Sequence record: SRR20825019_968
DNA: 64,000 nucleotides
Reading direction: 5' to 3' (one strand)
In this document: positions 1-9,511 of the stretch, piece after piece
Numbering within the stretch: position 1 is the first letter of the stretch
Layout: each line of letters starts with the position of its first letter
Position numbers and translations under genes: made by a program
The notes under the pieces: model-generated
What the model was told of the DNA's origin: nothing
The model's input: the letters and a program-made list of their open reading frames with translations, nothing else
Databases searched by the model: none

Positions 1-209
1 TGAAAAGGTGAGGTAAGAGCTCACCGGTTTGTTGGTGACAAGAAACGCAAGGTAAACCTTACGGGCTGAAAGACCATGTAAACCTAGGCTTGAGGGTTAC
101 TCGCCTGATCTAGGAGGGTAGGTCGATGGACGCTAATGGCGACGTTAGTGCTAGATAAATGATAGACATTGCATTTTATGCAACTACAGAACCCGGCTTA
201 TGGTTTGCC
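1..209 (+). ncRNA. rnpB: RNase P RNA (bacterial type A), 3' part; 5' end lies upstream of the window
   Basis: Conserved motifs GTAAGAGC..ACC, GGTAAACC (51-58), AGATAAATGAT and terminal ACAGAACCCGGCTTAT (186-201); P18-like hairpin with GCGA loop; followed by a T-run. Confidence 0.93.
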
Positions 210-706
210 TTTTTTTTCTCTTTGCTCCAATGCTTGGCCTGATCAATGAGTTGTCCAATCGATAAATAGCCCCGTTTGCGACCTATTACAATCGTTTTAC
301 GTTGAACGCCATCCAAATAAAAACGGATAATCGTGATGTTGAAAATGAATAAATGGCGCTCCTTGAATCTTTTAACGCTATTTACTGAGGTGACACACGA
401 TTTTCTAGAAAAGCAATTCTTTAGAATTAAAGTCTCTCCCTTTATGGAAGCTTTGTAAAGCGTTTTACAAGCGATCAGGCTTGGAACAATTGCTACGAAA
501 CTGGCAGAGAGAAAAAGTACGACGTTTGAAAATTCAAACTTTATTCCAATCGTAAACAGAAAAGCAATCGAAATTAATCCAAGTGGAATTAAAAGAATGG
601 TGAGTTTAAATAGCTTCACCTGACTCGCGCTTGTGAGGCATAATCTTTTACCATTGTTTAGGTTGCAGAGAAAAGCTTCTTGGAAGTTTATGTTTGATAG
701 GTTCAA
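176..706 (-). CDS. Hypothetical membrane protein (2 TM segments plus basic C-terminal domain)
   Basis: 176-aa ORF with two hydrophobic segments; TACATTTG promoter on the minus strand at 753-760; 3' end overlaps rnpB. Confidence 0.55.
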   Translation of the reverse strand: MNLSNINFQEAFLCNLNNGKRLCLTSASQVKLFKLTILLIPLGLISIAFLFTIGIKFEFSNVVLFLSASFVAIVPSLIACKTLYKASIKGETLILKNCFSRKSCVTSVNSVKRFKERHLFIFNITIIRFYLDGVQRKTIVIGRKRGYLSIGQLIDQAKHWSKEKKKANHKPGSVVA

Positions 707-796
707 AGTATTTGGTTTAGATTACTAATTTGGCAAATCACTTTTAGTAATCCAAATGTATCTCTACTCGTTTAGCAATCCGTTCATGCCATCGAT

Positions 797-1765
797 TTAA
801 TCCTTCATCTTGTCTAACATTCGCTCAATTGTGAGTTGATATTCAAGTGCTTTCTCTGGATTTAAAGGATATGCAACGAATTCTTCATTAGAATTTATCA
901 GAGAATGAAACAGAGGAACAGTTTTCAGTTTGACATTTAAATCCTCATTGTATCCAGCATTTCGGTAAAAAGAAATGAAATTTTTGGCTAAAGAAAAGTG
1001 TTCGGCTTGCTTAACAAGAGCAATGGTACGCAGGTTGAAATAACTTCCATCCTGTTTCCCTTTTGGATAATTTATGACCTTATATTTCTTCAATGAATTT
1101 GGAAATACTTTATAATCGCTATACAACGATAGAATAGGATAATTAGAAGAAATGGTATCGCGCTTAGATAAATCCGTTGTTTGTTCCAGCCATTTTTTTG
1201 TCCATGCGTAAAAATTCACACGGGTTTGTTCCTTGCGCATTGGACTCAAAAAAACAAGAAGGTCTTCCTTAGAAAGGGCATTGAAATGCTTCGTTCTTGA
1301 TAAATCTTTATAGGTGGAAATAAGCGGAAGAGTGTCCGTTGCGTAACTCAAAATAAACGGATCAAAACCAATTCCGATATAATTAAACTTTGTCGAAATG
1401 TAAGAACTGTCCACATGAAAAGAATGTTCATTTTTCCCGAGAGAATGCAGAACACCATTTTTATTTAAAACCAGGACGCTATGAACAGATTTCATCATTA
1501 CAATGTCCAACCCTGAATTGTGGTCTGCATTTCCGATGTAGCCAACAAGCTCGTCAGTCGTCATTGTGCGAATGTACACCCGACAGTTATATTTTTCTTT
1601 GAAACGCTTGAATAGGGTTGTGTCCTTCGCTACTAAGTAATCCGAGACTATGGCAAGCTCTTTATCGTCAACAGATTCAGCGGTTTCCACGAAACAGCTC
1701 GACAACGTCAACAGCAAAAGAATGACCGTAGAAACAAATCGAATAGGAGACTGCATAGAATTCAT
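797..1765 (-). CDS. ABC-type substrate-binding lipoprotein (Fe3+/thiamine/polyamine SBP-like, divergent)
   Basis: Lipobox LSSC; N-terminal pattern resembling SBP_bac_6/8 (FKRFKEKYNCRV..LDIVMM); TATCTTTG promoter at 1770-1777 (-). Confidence 0.6.
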   Translation of the reverse strand: MNSMQSPIRFVSTVILLLLTLSSCFVETAESVDDKELAIVSDYLVAKDTTLFKRFKEKYNCRVYIRTMTTDELVGYIGNADHNSGLDIVMMKSVHSVLVLNKNGVLHSLGKNEHSFHVDSSYISTKFNYIGIGFDPFILSYATDTLPLISTYKDLSRTKHFNALSKEDLLVFLSPMRKEQTRVNFYAWTKKWLEQTTDLSKRDTISSNYPILSLYSDYKVFPNSLKKYKVINYPKGKQDGSYFNLRTIALVKQAEHFSLAKNFISFYRNAGYNEDLNVKLKTVPLFHSLINSNEEFVAYPLNPEKALEYQLTIERMLDKMKD

Positions 1766-1861
1766 GTTACAAAGATATTCAAACTAGCTAGAAGATGCAT
1801 GTAGTACGATCTTTTATTGGAGAAAGAAAATATGGGCTATCTTTGCGGAAAAGAGTTAAAA

Positions 1862-2407
1862 ATGGCGAATAAACAAGAACAACAGAAGTTAGCGAAAATT
1901 ATGGATGACCTTCATTCTTCGGATAGTAAGAAGGTGGTGAAAGCGATTAAATCATTGGAAAGTAATGGAAATTCTTCCGTGATTCTTCCTTTGGCGGAGC
2001 TGTTGTTGGAAGGAACTCATTCGCATCAAGCGGAGATTTTGGAGTTGCTATGTAGTTTGAAAGACACGTCTGTAACTGCTGAGGTGATGGAAGTTATTGA
2101 GGCTGAAAAGTTTTTACCGATCCGACAGTTGATGCTCTCAGTTGTTTGGAATACTAAAGTGGATTTCAGTGATTATATAGATGATTTTGTCTTAATTGCA
2201 ACAACAGGTGATTTCATGGAAGCACTTGATTGCTTAACGATTATTGAAAACCTCGAAGGACCATTCATGGAAGAGAATATCCTTGAATCACAGTTACATC
2301 TGAAGAATTACATGGAATCGAATCCTCCAGCGGACGACCAAAAAGCACATCTTTTATCGGAAATCGCGTTGAAATTGAAAGATATTGATACGGAATTGAC
2401 GGATTGA
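1862..2407 (+). CDS. Hypothetical acidic helical (HEAT-repeat-like) protein
   Basis: ATG at 1862 follows a TATCTTTG promoter (1838-1845); amphipathic helical, acidic composition. Confidence 0.7.
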   Translation: MANKQEQQKLAKIMDDLHSSDSKKVVKAIKSLESNGNSSVILPLAELLLEGTHSHQAEILELLCSLKDTSVTAEVMEVIEAEKFLPIRQLMLSVVWNTKVDFSDYIDDFVLIATTGDFMEALDCLTIIENLEGPFMEENILESQLHLKNYMESNPPADDQKAHLLSEIALKLKDIDTELTD

Positions 2408-2412
2408 TCCTT

Positions 2413-2537
2413 GTGGGCTTCGACTTCGCTCAGCCCACGGAACTATACTTTTACAAACATTTTTTTTGAAGCGTTTTTCAACGAAGCATATTGTGGGCTG
2501 AGCGGAGTCGTGTGGGCTGAGCGGAGTCGAAGCCCAC
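2413..2537. repeat. REP-like palindromic repeat cluster (inverted pair plus a partial copy)
   Basis: GTGGGCTTCGACTTCGCTCAGCCCAC (2413-2438), its near-perfect reverse complement (2512-2537), and a partial copy (2493-2510). Confidence 0.85.
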
Positions 2538-2540
2538 TTA

Positions 2541-3800
2541 CTACATACTCCAATCAAACCTCTCCGAAAGCAATTTCTTAGAAAACTCTAAAACGGATTC
2601 GTTCTCGATTTTTTCCAATACTTCACCAATAAATGCAGAAGTCATTAATTGTCTAGCTGATTTTTCAGACAATCCACGTGCGCGCAGATAAAACACCGCT
2701 TGTTCATCTAATTGTCCTGTTGTAGATCCGTGAGAACACTTCACGTCGTCGGCATAAATTTCCAATTCTGGCTTAGAGTTGATCGTTGCGGAATCAGAAA
2801 GAAGTACATTTCCATTCGATTGAAATGCATTGATTTTCTGAGAATCCTTACGAACAAACACTTTTCCATTGAAGACCGCAGTAGACTGCTCATCCATCAC
2901 TCCCTTGTATAACTCATGCGAATCACAGTGCGCAGCTAAATGGTCAACGATTGTGTGATTATCCACGTGCTGCTTTCCTTTGAGCAAATAAGCGCTGTTC
3001 AGATACGTAGTGCAATTCTCTCCGTTGACATCGATGTTTAGGTTATTTCGAACCAAACCTCCGTTTAAGGTAATTGTGTTAATCGTAAACGTTGAATTCT
3101 TCGCCTGATTCACTTTCTCAGTTGAGATGTGAAACGTGTCTTCGGCTTCGTATTGTACTTTTTCAAGACTCAAAAATGCATTTTCTGCAACATGAATCTC
3201 GGTAATATTATTAGCAAATGATTGAGCCGCATCTTCCGCGAAAAAACCTTGAATAATCGAAGCTTTGGAAAAAGAATCCGCTTGGATAATTGTCTTAAAG
3301 TTCGAAATTATCTGTGTTCCTTTCAGAATGTGGATGATCTGAATCGGCTGTTCAATCGTCGCTTTTGCCGAAATAGAAATCAATAGTCCACCCGTCAAAT
3401 AAGCGCTATTTACAGAAGTGAAGACTTCATTTTCTACAGCTAAATTGCTTTTTGGAAGTTCTTCAACAGAACAATCAGAAAGTTGTTTCACAGTCATTCC
3501 TTCAGGAAAGGCAGTAGATGATTGTTCAACGTCAAAATGACCGTTTACAAACACCAAAATAGGTGCAGTTGAGTCAATTTTGTACTTTCCTAAATCCGCA
3601 ATTTTCTCGGGATTATTCTGAAAGTTGATTTTACCAATTTTTGCTACACGTGTGTATTTCCAAGCTTCTACGCGTGTGGTTGGAAGCGTGGCTGTCGCCA
3701 ATGTTTCCTGTGCTTGTTCGATAATTGTTCGTTCAACGGGAAGCGTTGTTGGCGTTAATCCCGAAGCGAAAGTGATGTTGTTTTCTGCAACAATGCTCAT
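2541..3800 (-). CDS. sufD: Fe-S cluster assembly protein SufD
   Basis: EAWKYT, FNGKVFV, SKPELEIYADDVKCSHG and FYLRARG motifs; follows sufC. Confidence 0.96.
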   Translation of the reverse strand: MSIVAENNITFASGLTPTTLPVERTIIEQAQETLATATLPTTRVEAWKYTRVAKIGKINFQNNPEKIADLGKYKIDSTAPILVFVNGHFDVEQSSTAFPEGMTVKQLSDCSVEELPKSNLAVENEVFTSVNSAYLTGGLLISISAKATIEQPIQIIHILKGTQIISNFKTIIQADSFSKASIIQGFFAEDAAQSFANNITEIHVAENAFLSLEKVQYEAEDTFHISTEKVNQAKNSTFTINTITLNGGLVRNNLNIDVNGENCTTYLNSAYLLKGKQHVDNHTIVDHLAAHCDSHELYKGVMDEQSTAVFNGKVFVRKDSQKINAFQSNGNVLLSDSATINSKPELEIYADDVKCSHGSTTGQLDEQAVFYLRARGLSEKSARQLMTSAFIGEVLEKIENESVLEFSKKLLSERFDWSM

Positions 3801-3814
3801 AATTTTCTGAGATT

Positions 3815-4567
3815 TTAGTGTGCCAATTCTTCTTTAATCCAATCGTATCCTTTTTCTTCCAATTCTAAAGCAAGTTCCTTTGGACCTGTCTTCACAATTT
3901 TTCCATCGTACAATACGTGAACAAAATCAGGAATGATATAATCGAGTAAACGTTGATAGTGAGTAATCACGATCGTTGCGTTTTTGTCGCTTTTTAACGT
4001 GTTCACTCCGTTTGCTACAATTCTCAATGCGTCGATGTCTAATCCAGAATCCGTTTCATCCAAAATAGAAAGCTTTGGTTCAAGCATCGCCATTTGGAAA
4101 ATTTCGTTTCGCTTCTTTTCACCTCCAGAAAAACCTTCATTCACACTTCGAGAAGCTAACTTAGCATCTAATTCAACCAAGGCAGATTTTTCACGTACCA
4201 TCGCCATGAATTCTTTCGCAGAAATAGGATCTTCTTTTCTGTACTCACGAATTTCATTCAGCGCAGTTCTTAAGAAGTTGATATTCGATACTCCAGGAAT
4301 CTCAACAGGATATTGAAATGCTAGGAACAATCCTTCTCTTGCACGATCTTCAGTGTCCATTTCTAATAAATCTTCACCATCGAAATCTACAGAACCTTCA
4401 GTGATTTCATATTCCTCACGTCCAGCTAAAACAGAAGCTAAGGTACTTTTTCCAGCACCATTTGGTCCCATTATTGCGTGGATCTCACCAGCGTTAACCG
4501 TAAGATTTAATCCTTTTAAAATTTCTTTGCCGTCGATGTTGGCGTGTAGATTCTTAATTGTAATCAT
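3815..4567 (-). CDS. sufC: Fe-S cluster assembly ATPase SufC
   Basis: Walker [39 protein letters not shown]. Confidence 0.97.
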   Translation of the reverse strand: MITIKNLHANIDGKEILKGLNLTVNAGEIHAIMGPNGAGKSTLASVLAGREEYEITEGSVDFDGEDLLEMDTEDRAREGLFLAFQYPVEIPGVSNINFLRTALNEIREYRKEDPISAKEFMAMVREKSALVELDAKLASRSVNEGFSGGEKKRNEIFQMAMLEPKLSILDETDSGLDIDALRIVANGVNTLKSDKNATIVITHYQRLLDYIIPDFVHVLYDGKIVKTGPKELALELEEKGYDWIKEELAH

Positions 4568-4687
4568 TTTTTGTTCTTTATGTCTTTTTTTCGGCTCACC
4601 TCGATGGCCTTTAAACTTACTTTATCGAGTTCGCTGTCTCGTTTTTGTTTTGCTCAACGTTCTTTTTAATAATCTCGACCAGAATTC

Positions 4688-4715
4688 GGGACATCAAGCG
4701 GAGTCGAAATGCCCC
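4688..4715. repeat. REP-like hairpin in the sufB-sufC spacer
   Basis: GGGACAT-CAAGCGGAGTCGAA-ATGCCCC; shares the AGCGGAGTCGAA core with the repeats at 2413-2537. Confidence 0.6.
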
Positions 4716-4738
4716 TCTAAATGACCGCCAAGTCAAAG

Positions 4739-6187
4739 TTACCCGACGCTTCCCTCTAAACTAATCGTCAATAATTTTTGAGCTTCAACTGCAAATTCCA
4801 TCGGTAATTGGTTCAATACTTCTTTACAGTAACCGTTTACGATTAATCCAATTGCTTTTTCCTCACTAATTCCGCGTTGAAGGCAATAGAAAATTTGATC
4901 TTCTCCAATTTTTGAAGTCGTTGCTTCGTGCTCAATTTTTGCAGAGCTATTTTTACATTCGATGTATGGGAACGTATGCGCGCCACACTCATCAGTCATC
5001 AATAATGAATCACACTGAGAGAAATTGCGGGCATTATCGGCATTTTTATGAATCTGAACCAATCCACGGTAAGAGTTCTGACTTTTTCCTGCCGAAATTC
5101 CTTTCGAAATAATCGTGCTTTTTGTATTTTTTCCGATGTGAACCATTTTAGTTCCGGTATCTGCTTGTTGGAAGTTATTGGTCACTGCCACCGAGTAAAA
5201 TTCTCCGATAGAGTTGTCTCCTTTCAAAATGCATGAAGGATATTTCCAAGTGACTGCTGAACCAGTTTCAACTTGTGTCCATGAAATTTTTGCGTTCGTG
5301 TCGCAGATTCCACGTTTTGTAACGAAGTTGAAAATTCCACCTTTACCGTTCTTATCTCCTGGATACCAGTTCTGAACAGTTGAGTATTTAATCTCGGCGT
5401 CTTTTTTTGCAACTAATTCTACAACCGCAGCATGCAATTGATTTTCATCTCTTTGCGGTGCTGTACATCCTTCAAGATAAGAAACGTAAGCTCCTTCGTC
5501 TGCAACCACAAGTGTTCTTTCGAATTGTCCAGTTCCAGATTCGTTAATTCTGAAATATGTTGAAAGTTCCATTGGGCAACGAACGCCTTTTGGAATGTAG
5601 CAGAAAGAACCATCTGTAAATACAGCAGAGTTCAACGCTGCGTAAAAATTATCTTGCATCGGAACAACTGTTCCCATGTGCTCACGAACCAAGTCTGGAT
5701 AGTCTTGAACGGCCTCTGAAAATGAACAGAAGATGATTCCTAATTCTTTCAATTTTGCCTTAAAAGAAGTCGCAACTGAAACGGAATCCATAACGAAGTC
5801 AACAGCTACACCCGTTAGGCGTTTTTGTTCTTCCATGGAAATCCCGAGTTTTTTCATTGTTTCCTTCATCTCTGGGTCAACATCATCCCAACTCTCGTAT
5901 TTCTTACTTTGCTTTGGAGCGGAATAATAAGTGATGTCCTGAAAATCAGGTTTTGTATAATGTACATGCGCCCATTCTGGTTCCGTCATTTCTTTCCACG
6001 CTTTAAACGCAGATAAACGGTTTTCCAACATCCACTCTGGTTCGTTTTTTTTCGCTGAAATAAAACGGATAATATCTTCTGAAAGCCCTTTTGGAGCTTT
6101 ATCTGAATCAATATTGGTTGTAAAACCAAATTTGTATTCCTGATTCTTGAGGTCTTCTGCTAATTCGTTTTCTGTGTAATTTGACAT
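4739..6187 (-). CDS. sufB: Fe-S cluster assembly protein SufB
   Basis: [32 protein letters not shown] and PMEFAVEA motifs. Confidence 0.98.
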   Translation of the reverse strand: MSNYTENELAEDLKNQEYKFGFTTNIDSDKAPKGLSEDIIRFISAKKNEPEWMLENRLSAFKAWKEMTEPEWAHVHYTKPDFQDITYYSAPKQSKKYESWDDVDPEMKETMKKLGISMEEQKRLTGVAVDFVMDSVSVATSFKAKLKELGIIFCSFSEAVQDYPDLVREHMGTVVPMQDNFYAALNSAVFTDGSFCYIPKGVRCPMELSTYFRINESGTGQFERTLVVADEGAYVSYLEGCTAPQRDENQLHAAVVELVAKKDAEIKYSTVQNWYPGDKNGKGGIFNFVTKRGICDTNAKISWTQVETGSAVTWKYPSCILKGDNSIGEFYSVAVTNNFQQADTGTKMVHIGKNTKSTIISKGISAGKSQNSYRGLVQIHKNADNARNFSQCDSLLMTDECGAHTFPYIECKNSSAKIEHEATTSKIGEDQIFYCLQRGISEEKAIGLIVNGYCKEVLNQLPMEFAVEAQKLLTISLEGSVG

Positions 6188-6196
6188 CTACCTGTA

Positions 6197-6520
6197 TTAA
6201 ATTGAGAATGATTCACCACAACCGCACGTTCTGTCTGCATTTGGGTTTTTGAAAACAAAGCCCTTTCCGTTGAGTCCGCCTGAAAAATCAAGAGTAGTAC
6301 CAATGAGGTACAAGTAACTCTTTTTATCAACGACTACCTTCATTCCGTTGTCTTCAAATGTTTTATCGCCTTCTTTCTCGGAATTATCAAAGTCAAGTTG
6401 GTACATCAACCCTGAACATCCTCCTCCTTCTACACCTACGCGGATAAAAAAGCCATCTTTCCCATCGTCTGCCATTAAACGAATGGCCTGGTTTTTTGCT
6501 GAATCTGTGATAGTTATCAT
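6197..6520 (-). CDS. sufA: HesB/IscA/SufA family Fe-S carrier
   Basis: GGGCSG and C-terminal TCGCGESF. Confidence 0.93.
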   Translation of the reverse strand: MITITDSAKNQAIRLMADDGKDGFFIRVGVEGGGCSGLMYQLDFDNSEKEGDKTFEDNGMKVVVDKKSYLYLIGTTLDFSGGLNGKGFVFKNPNADRTCGCGESFSI

Positions 6521-6530
6521 AATCGTCTTT

Positions 6531-6549
6531 ATTTAGACTTATTTTAAAT
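6531..6549. promoter_or_regulatory. Putative Fur-type operator of the suf operon
   Basis: Imperfect palindrome ATTTAGACTTATTTTAAAT between the promoter (TATTTTTG, 6567-6574, -) and the sufA start. Confidence 0.65.
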
Positions 6550-6623
6550 AGACTAATATCTTTCCGCAAAAATACCTAATTTGTGGTATTGTTGCAAGGA
6601 ATAGAAAGATGTATTTAGCACTC

Positions 6624-6857
6624 ATGAAAAATATTGTAGTTATTATTCTGCTTTTCACCGCGTTGAGCAGTTGTTCAAAGTCGAATTTAGAAGGAGAGAT
6701 GGACGCCTATTGTGAGTGCATGGAGACGGTTGAAACCACCGATGGACTTAATGGTTGCATTGAAAAACTTGATTCACTCACACAGCATTATGAGTATGAC
6801 CCAGAGGCGATAGAATATATTTCTTCACGAATTAAGAGTTGCCCAGTGAGTCGATGA
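6624..6857 (+). CDS. Small hypothetical lipoprotein (Cys-rich)
   Basis: Signal peptide with lipobox LSSC; YCECM motif. Confidence 0.65.
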   Translation: MKNIVVIILLFTALSSCSKSNLEGEMDAYCECMETVETTDGLNGCIEKLDSLTQHYEYDPEAIEYISSRIKSCPVSR

Positions 6858-6893
6858 ACGCAGTTTTATTACATTTGCAGGAAAGGTGCATGA

Positions 6894-7835
6894 ATGAACA
6901 TTTTTCAGGGATTTGATCAACTCGGGAATATTCCTAATCCAGTTTTAACAATCGGAACGTTTGATGGTGTGCACGTTGGGCATCAAAAGATTATTCAGAA
7001 ATTAAACGAAGAAGCCGAGAAAATTGGAGGAGAATCTGTTCTTTTCACATTTTATCCGCATCCGAGAATGGTGCTTTATCCAAACAGTCACGGACTCAAA
7101 TTAATTCAAACACAGGCCGAAAAAATCGATAAATTGCGTCGAATGGGACTCAAGAACATTATTGTTCACCCGTTTACAATGGATTTTTCGCGATTAACAG
7201 CTGTTGAGTTTGTCCGTGATTATCTCGTGAATCGTTTGCATGTCAAAAAACTAGTGATAGGATACGATCATCAGTTTGGAAAGAATCGAGAGGGCTCTAT
7301 TGATTTTCTTCGAGAAGTGAGTGACTTATATGGTTATGAAGTGCAGGAAATTAGTGCGCAAGAAATTGACGAAGTAAATGTTAGTTCAACGAAGATTCGA
7401 AAAGCAATTCTAAACGGCGATATGGATCGAGCGAGTGCTTTTTTGGGGGAGCCTTATGTTTTAAACGGCAAAGTGGTGAAGGGAAAAGCTTTGGGAAGAT
7501 CAATTGGTTTTCCAACAGCAAATTTGGATCTTGAAAGTGATACTAAATTGATTCCTCAACTCGGTGTCTACGCTGTAAATGTTATCTTGGCTAATGGTGA
7601 TGTTGAACTCGGAATGATGAATATTGGACGTCGACCTACAGTAGACACACAGGACGCCATTTCGATTGAAGTCAACTTGTTTGATTTTAATGAAGATTTA
7701 TACGGACAATATATAACGGTACAATTATTGTCGCGCTTTCGTGATGAAATGAAGTTCAACTCAGTGAATGAACTAACGGCACAATTAGGAGAAGATGAAA
7801 AGACTATTCGCAATTATTTTACTTCTTTGGTCTAG
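6894..7835 (+). CDS. ribF: Bifunctional riboflavin kinase/FAD synthetase
   Basis: TIGTFDGVHVGH, SSTKIR, GFPTAN and NIGRRPT motifs. Confidence 0.97.
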   Translation: MNIFQGFDQLGNIPNPVLTIGTFDGVHVGHQKIIQKLNEEAEKIGGESVLFTFYPHPRMVLYPNSHGLKLIQTQAEKIDKLRRMGLKNIIVHPFTMDFSRLTAVEFVRDYLVNRLHVKKLVIGYDHQFGKNREGSIDFLREVSDLYGYEVQEISAQEIDEVNVSSTKIRKAILNGDMDRASAFLGEPYVLNGKVVKGKALGRSIGFPTANLDLESDTKLIPQLGVYAVNVILANGDVELGMMNIGRRPTVDTQDAISIEVNLFDFNEDLYGQYITVQLLSRFRDEMKFNSVNELTAQLGEDEKTIRNYFTSLV

Positions 7836-8364
7836 CACAACGTATGCTAACTACGATTTTCCTATTTATAAATGGGAGGAAGTAAAGAATGCCTCACCAG
7901 ATACTATTTACGGAATTTCATTCGAAAAAATGAAACTTGAGAAATTACCCGAAGACTTGGCTCAATTTACGGAGTTACGTGTTTTGCATGCTGGAAAAAA
8001 TAAACTTACAACCTTACCCGAATTTATTACAGCTTTTGTCAAATTGGAAGAGTTAAACTTGGAGAAAAACGACTTTAGTATTTTCCCTATTCAAATCTGT
8101 AAACTAAAATCGCTTCGAATTTTAATTCTGAATAGAAACGAGCTCGCTGGAATGTCCAGTTGCGTGGGTTCACTCACGGAATTGGAAGTTCTCAGTTTGT
8201 ACGACAATCCCTTAGCGTCTCTACCCGAGTCTCTTGTTCGTTTGGAGCGCCTCAAAGAGGTCGATTTATCAGGGATTCGATTCAAACCAGCTTTCCAAGA
8301 GAAGTGGAGAAATTTAATGCCAGATGTGGACTTCGATTTTGATCCACCGTGCGATTGTATGTAG
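7795..8364 (+). CDS. Secreted leucine-rich repeat protein
   Basis: Signal peptide; repeated LxxLxLxxN units; overlaps the ribF end by 41 nt. Confidence 0.85.
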   Translation: MKRLFAIILLLWSSTTYANYDFPIYKWEEVKNASPDTIYGISFEKMKLEKLPEDLAQFTELRVLHAGKNKLTTLPEFITAFVKLEELNLEKNDFSIFPIQICKLKSLRILILNRNELAGMSSCVGSLTELEVLSLYDNPLASLPESLVRLERLKEVDLSGIRFKPAFQEKWRNLMPDVDFDFDPPCDCM

Positions 8365-8521
8365 GTTTTTCAACCATTTCTATATTATTCTCGTCTAAAC
8401 AATTGGTGCTTAGATTGGTTTGACAGTCCAAACATCGGAAAAGTTCATTAAATTTACAGTTCAACCCAGGACCTAAACGTGGTGTTGATGAACACTTTGC
8501 TTAATTGTGAAAACTTGAAAA

Positions 8522-9505
8522 ATGATGCAAAAGCTAGTCTTTTTTACGGCTTTATTGTTGTGTTCTGTTGCCTATGGGCAGCAAGTTCCCCAGTATAGTC
8601 AATACAATAGAAATCAATATATGGTAAATCCTGCTGCTGCCGGAGTTTACGATTTTGTAGATATAACCATTGGTGGAAGGATGCAATGGCTCGGTTTCGA
8701 GAATGCACCAAAAACATCATATCTGTATGTTACAACGCCGATTGGTCGACCGAAAGTTAGATACAATCCTGGTATTAGAACAAGCGCAGGTCCAGTTAGA
8801 AATCCAGAAATTAAAACAGGAAAATTGAAACATGCCATTGGTGGTGCAGTAATTGCAGATCAATATGGCGCATTTAGAACACTAAGTGCTCAAGCAACGT
8901 ATGCTCTTCATCTTCCAGTTGCAAAAAATTACAATCTTTCTTTTGGAATCAATGCTGGTTTATCAAATAGAGCTTTTTTAAGTGAAAACGCTCAAGTTTT
9001 GTCTGCAATGAATGGATCGGGTGTTGTAGATCAAACGTATAACAATTTTGTTTCAAACCAAGGAGCACAGAATACATTGGACATTGGAGCTGGATTGTAC
9101 TTTTATTCAAACAACCTTTTTATTGGAGTTTCTTCAAATCAATTAACAAGAGATTTAGTTCAATTTGGAAACGTACAAACAAATTTTGATCCGTTGATCC
9201 ATTTTCAAGGAACAGCAGGGTACAAATTCGCTATTTCGGATAACTTAACATTAATGCCTTCGGTGTTAGTTAAATACTTAAATCCAGCACCTTTTTCTAT
9301 TGACGGAACGCTTCAGTTGGAGTACAAAGAATGGCTTTGGTTTGGCGTTTCATACAGAAATACAGATGCCCTTGTTGGAATGGCGGGACTAAATATTAGT
9401 GATCGTTTTAAATTAGGATATTCTTATGATTTCAACGTGTCTCGACTGAATAATTACAGCAGTGGAGGACATGAGTTGGTTTTGGGTTTAATGCTAGGAA
9501 GATAA
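8522..9505 (+). CDS. T9SS membrane protein, PorP/SprF family
   Basis: QQVPQYSQY..NPAAAG, RMQWLGFENAP, C-terminal GYSYD..SGGHE. Confidence 0.92.
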   Translation: MMQKLVFFTALLLCSVAYGQQVPQYSQYNRNQYMVNPAAAGVYDFVDITIGGRMQWLGFENAPKTSYLYVTTPIGRPKVRYNPGIRTSAGPVRNPEIKTGKLKHAIGGAVIADQYGAFRTLSAQATYALHLPVAKNYNLSFGINAGLSNRAFLSENAQVLSAMNGSGVVDQTYNNFVSNQGAQNTLDIGAGLYFYSNNLFIGVSSNQLTRDLVQFGNVQTNFDPLIHFQGTAGYKFAISDNLTLMPSVLVKYLNPAPFSIDGTLQLEYKEWLWFGVSYRNTDALVGMAGLNISDRFKLGYSYDFNVSRLNNYSSGGHELVLGLMLGR

Positions 9506-9511
9506 AAATAA

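Noticed and set aside
774-792. sigma54 promoter TGGCATGAACGGATTGC (-)
   Set aside because: GG-to-GC spacing is 12 rather than the required 10
2413-2537. CRISPR array
   Set aside because: The repeats are inverted or truncated, lack regular unique spacers, and have no cas genes nearby
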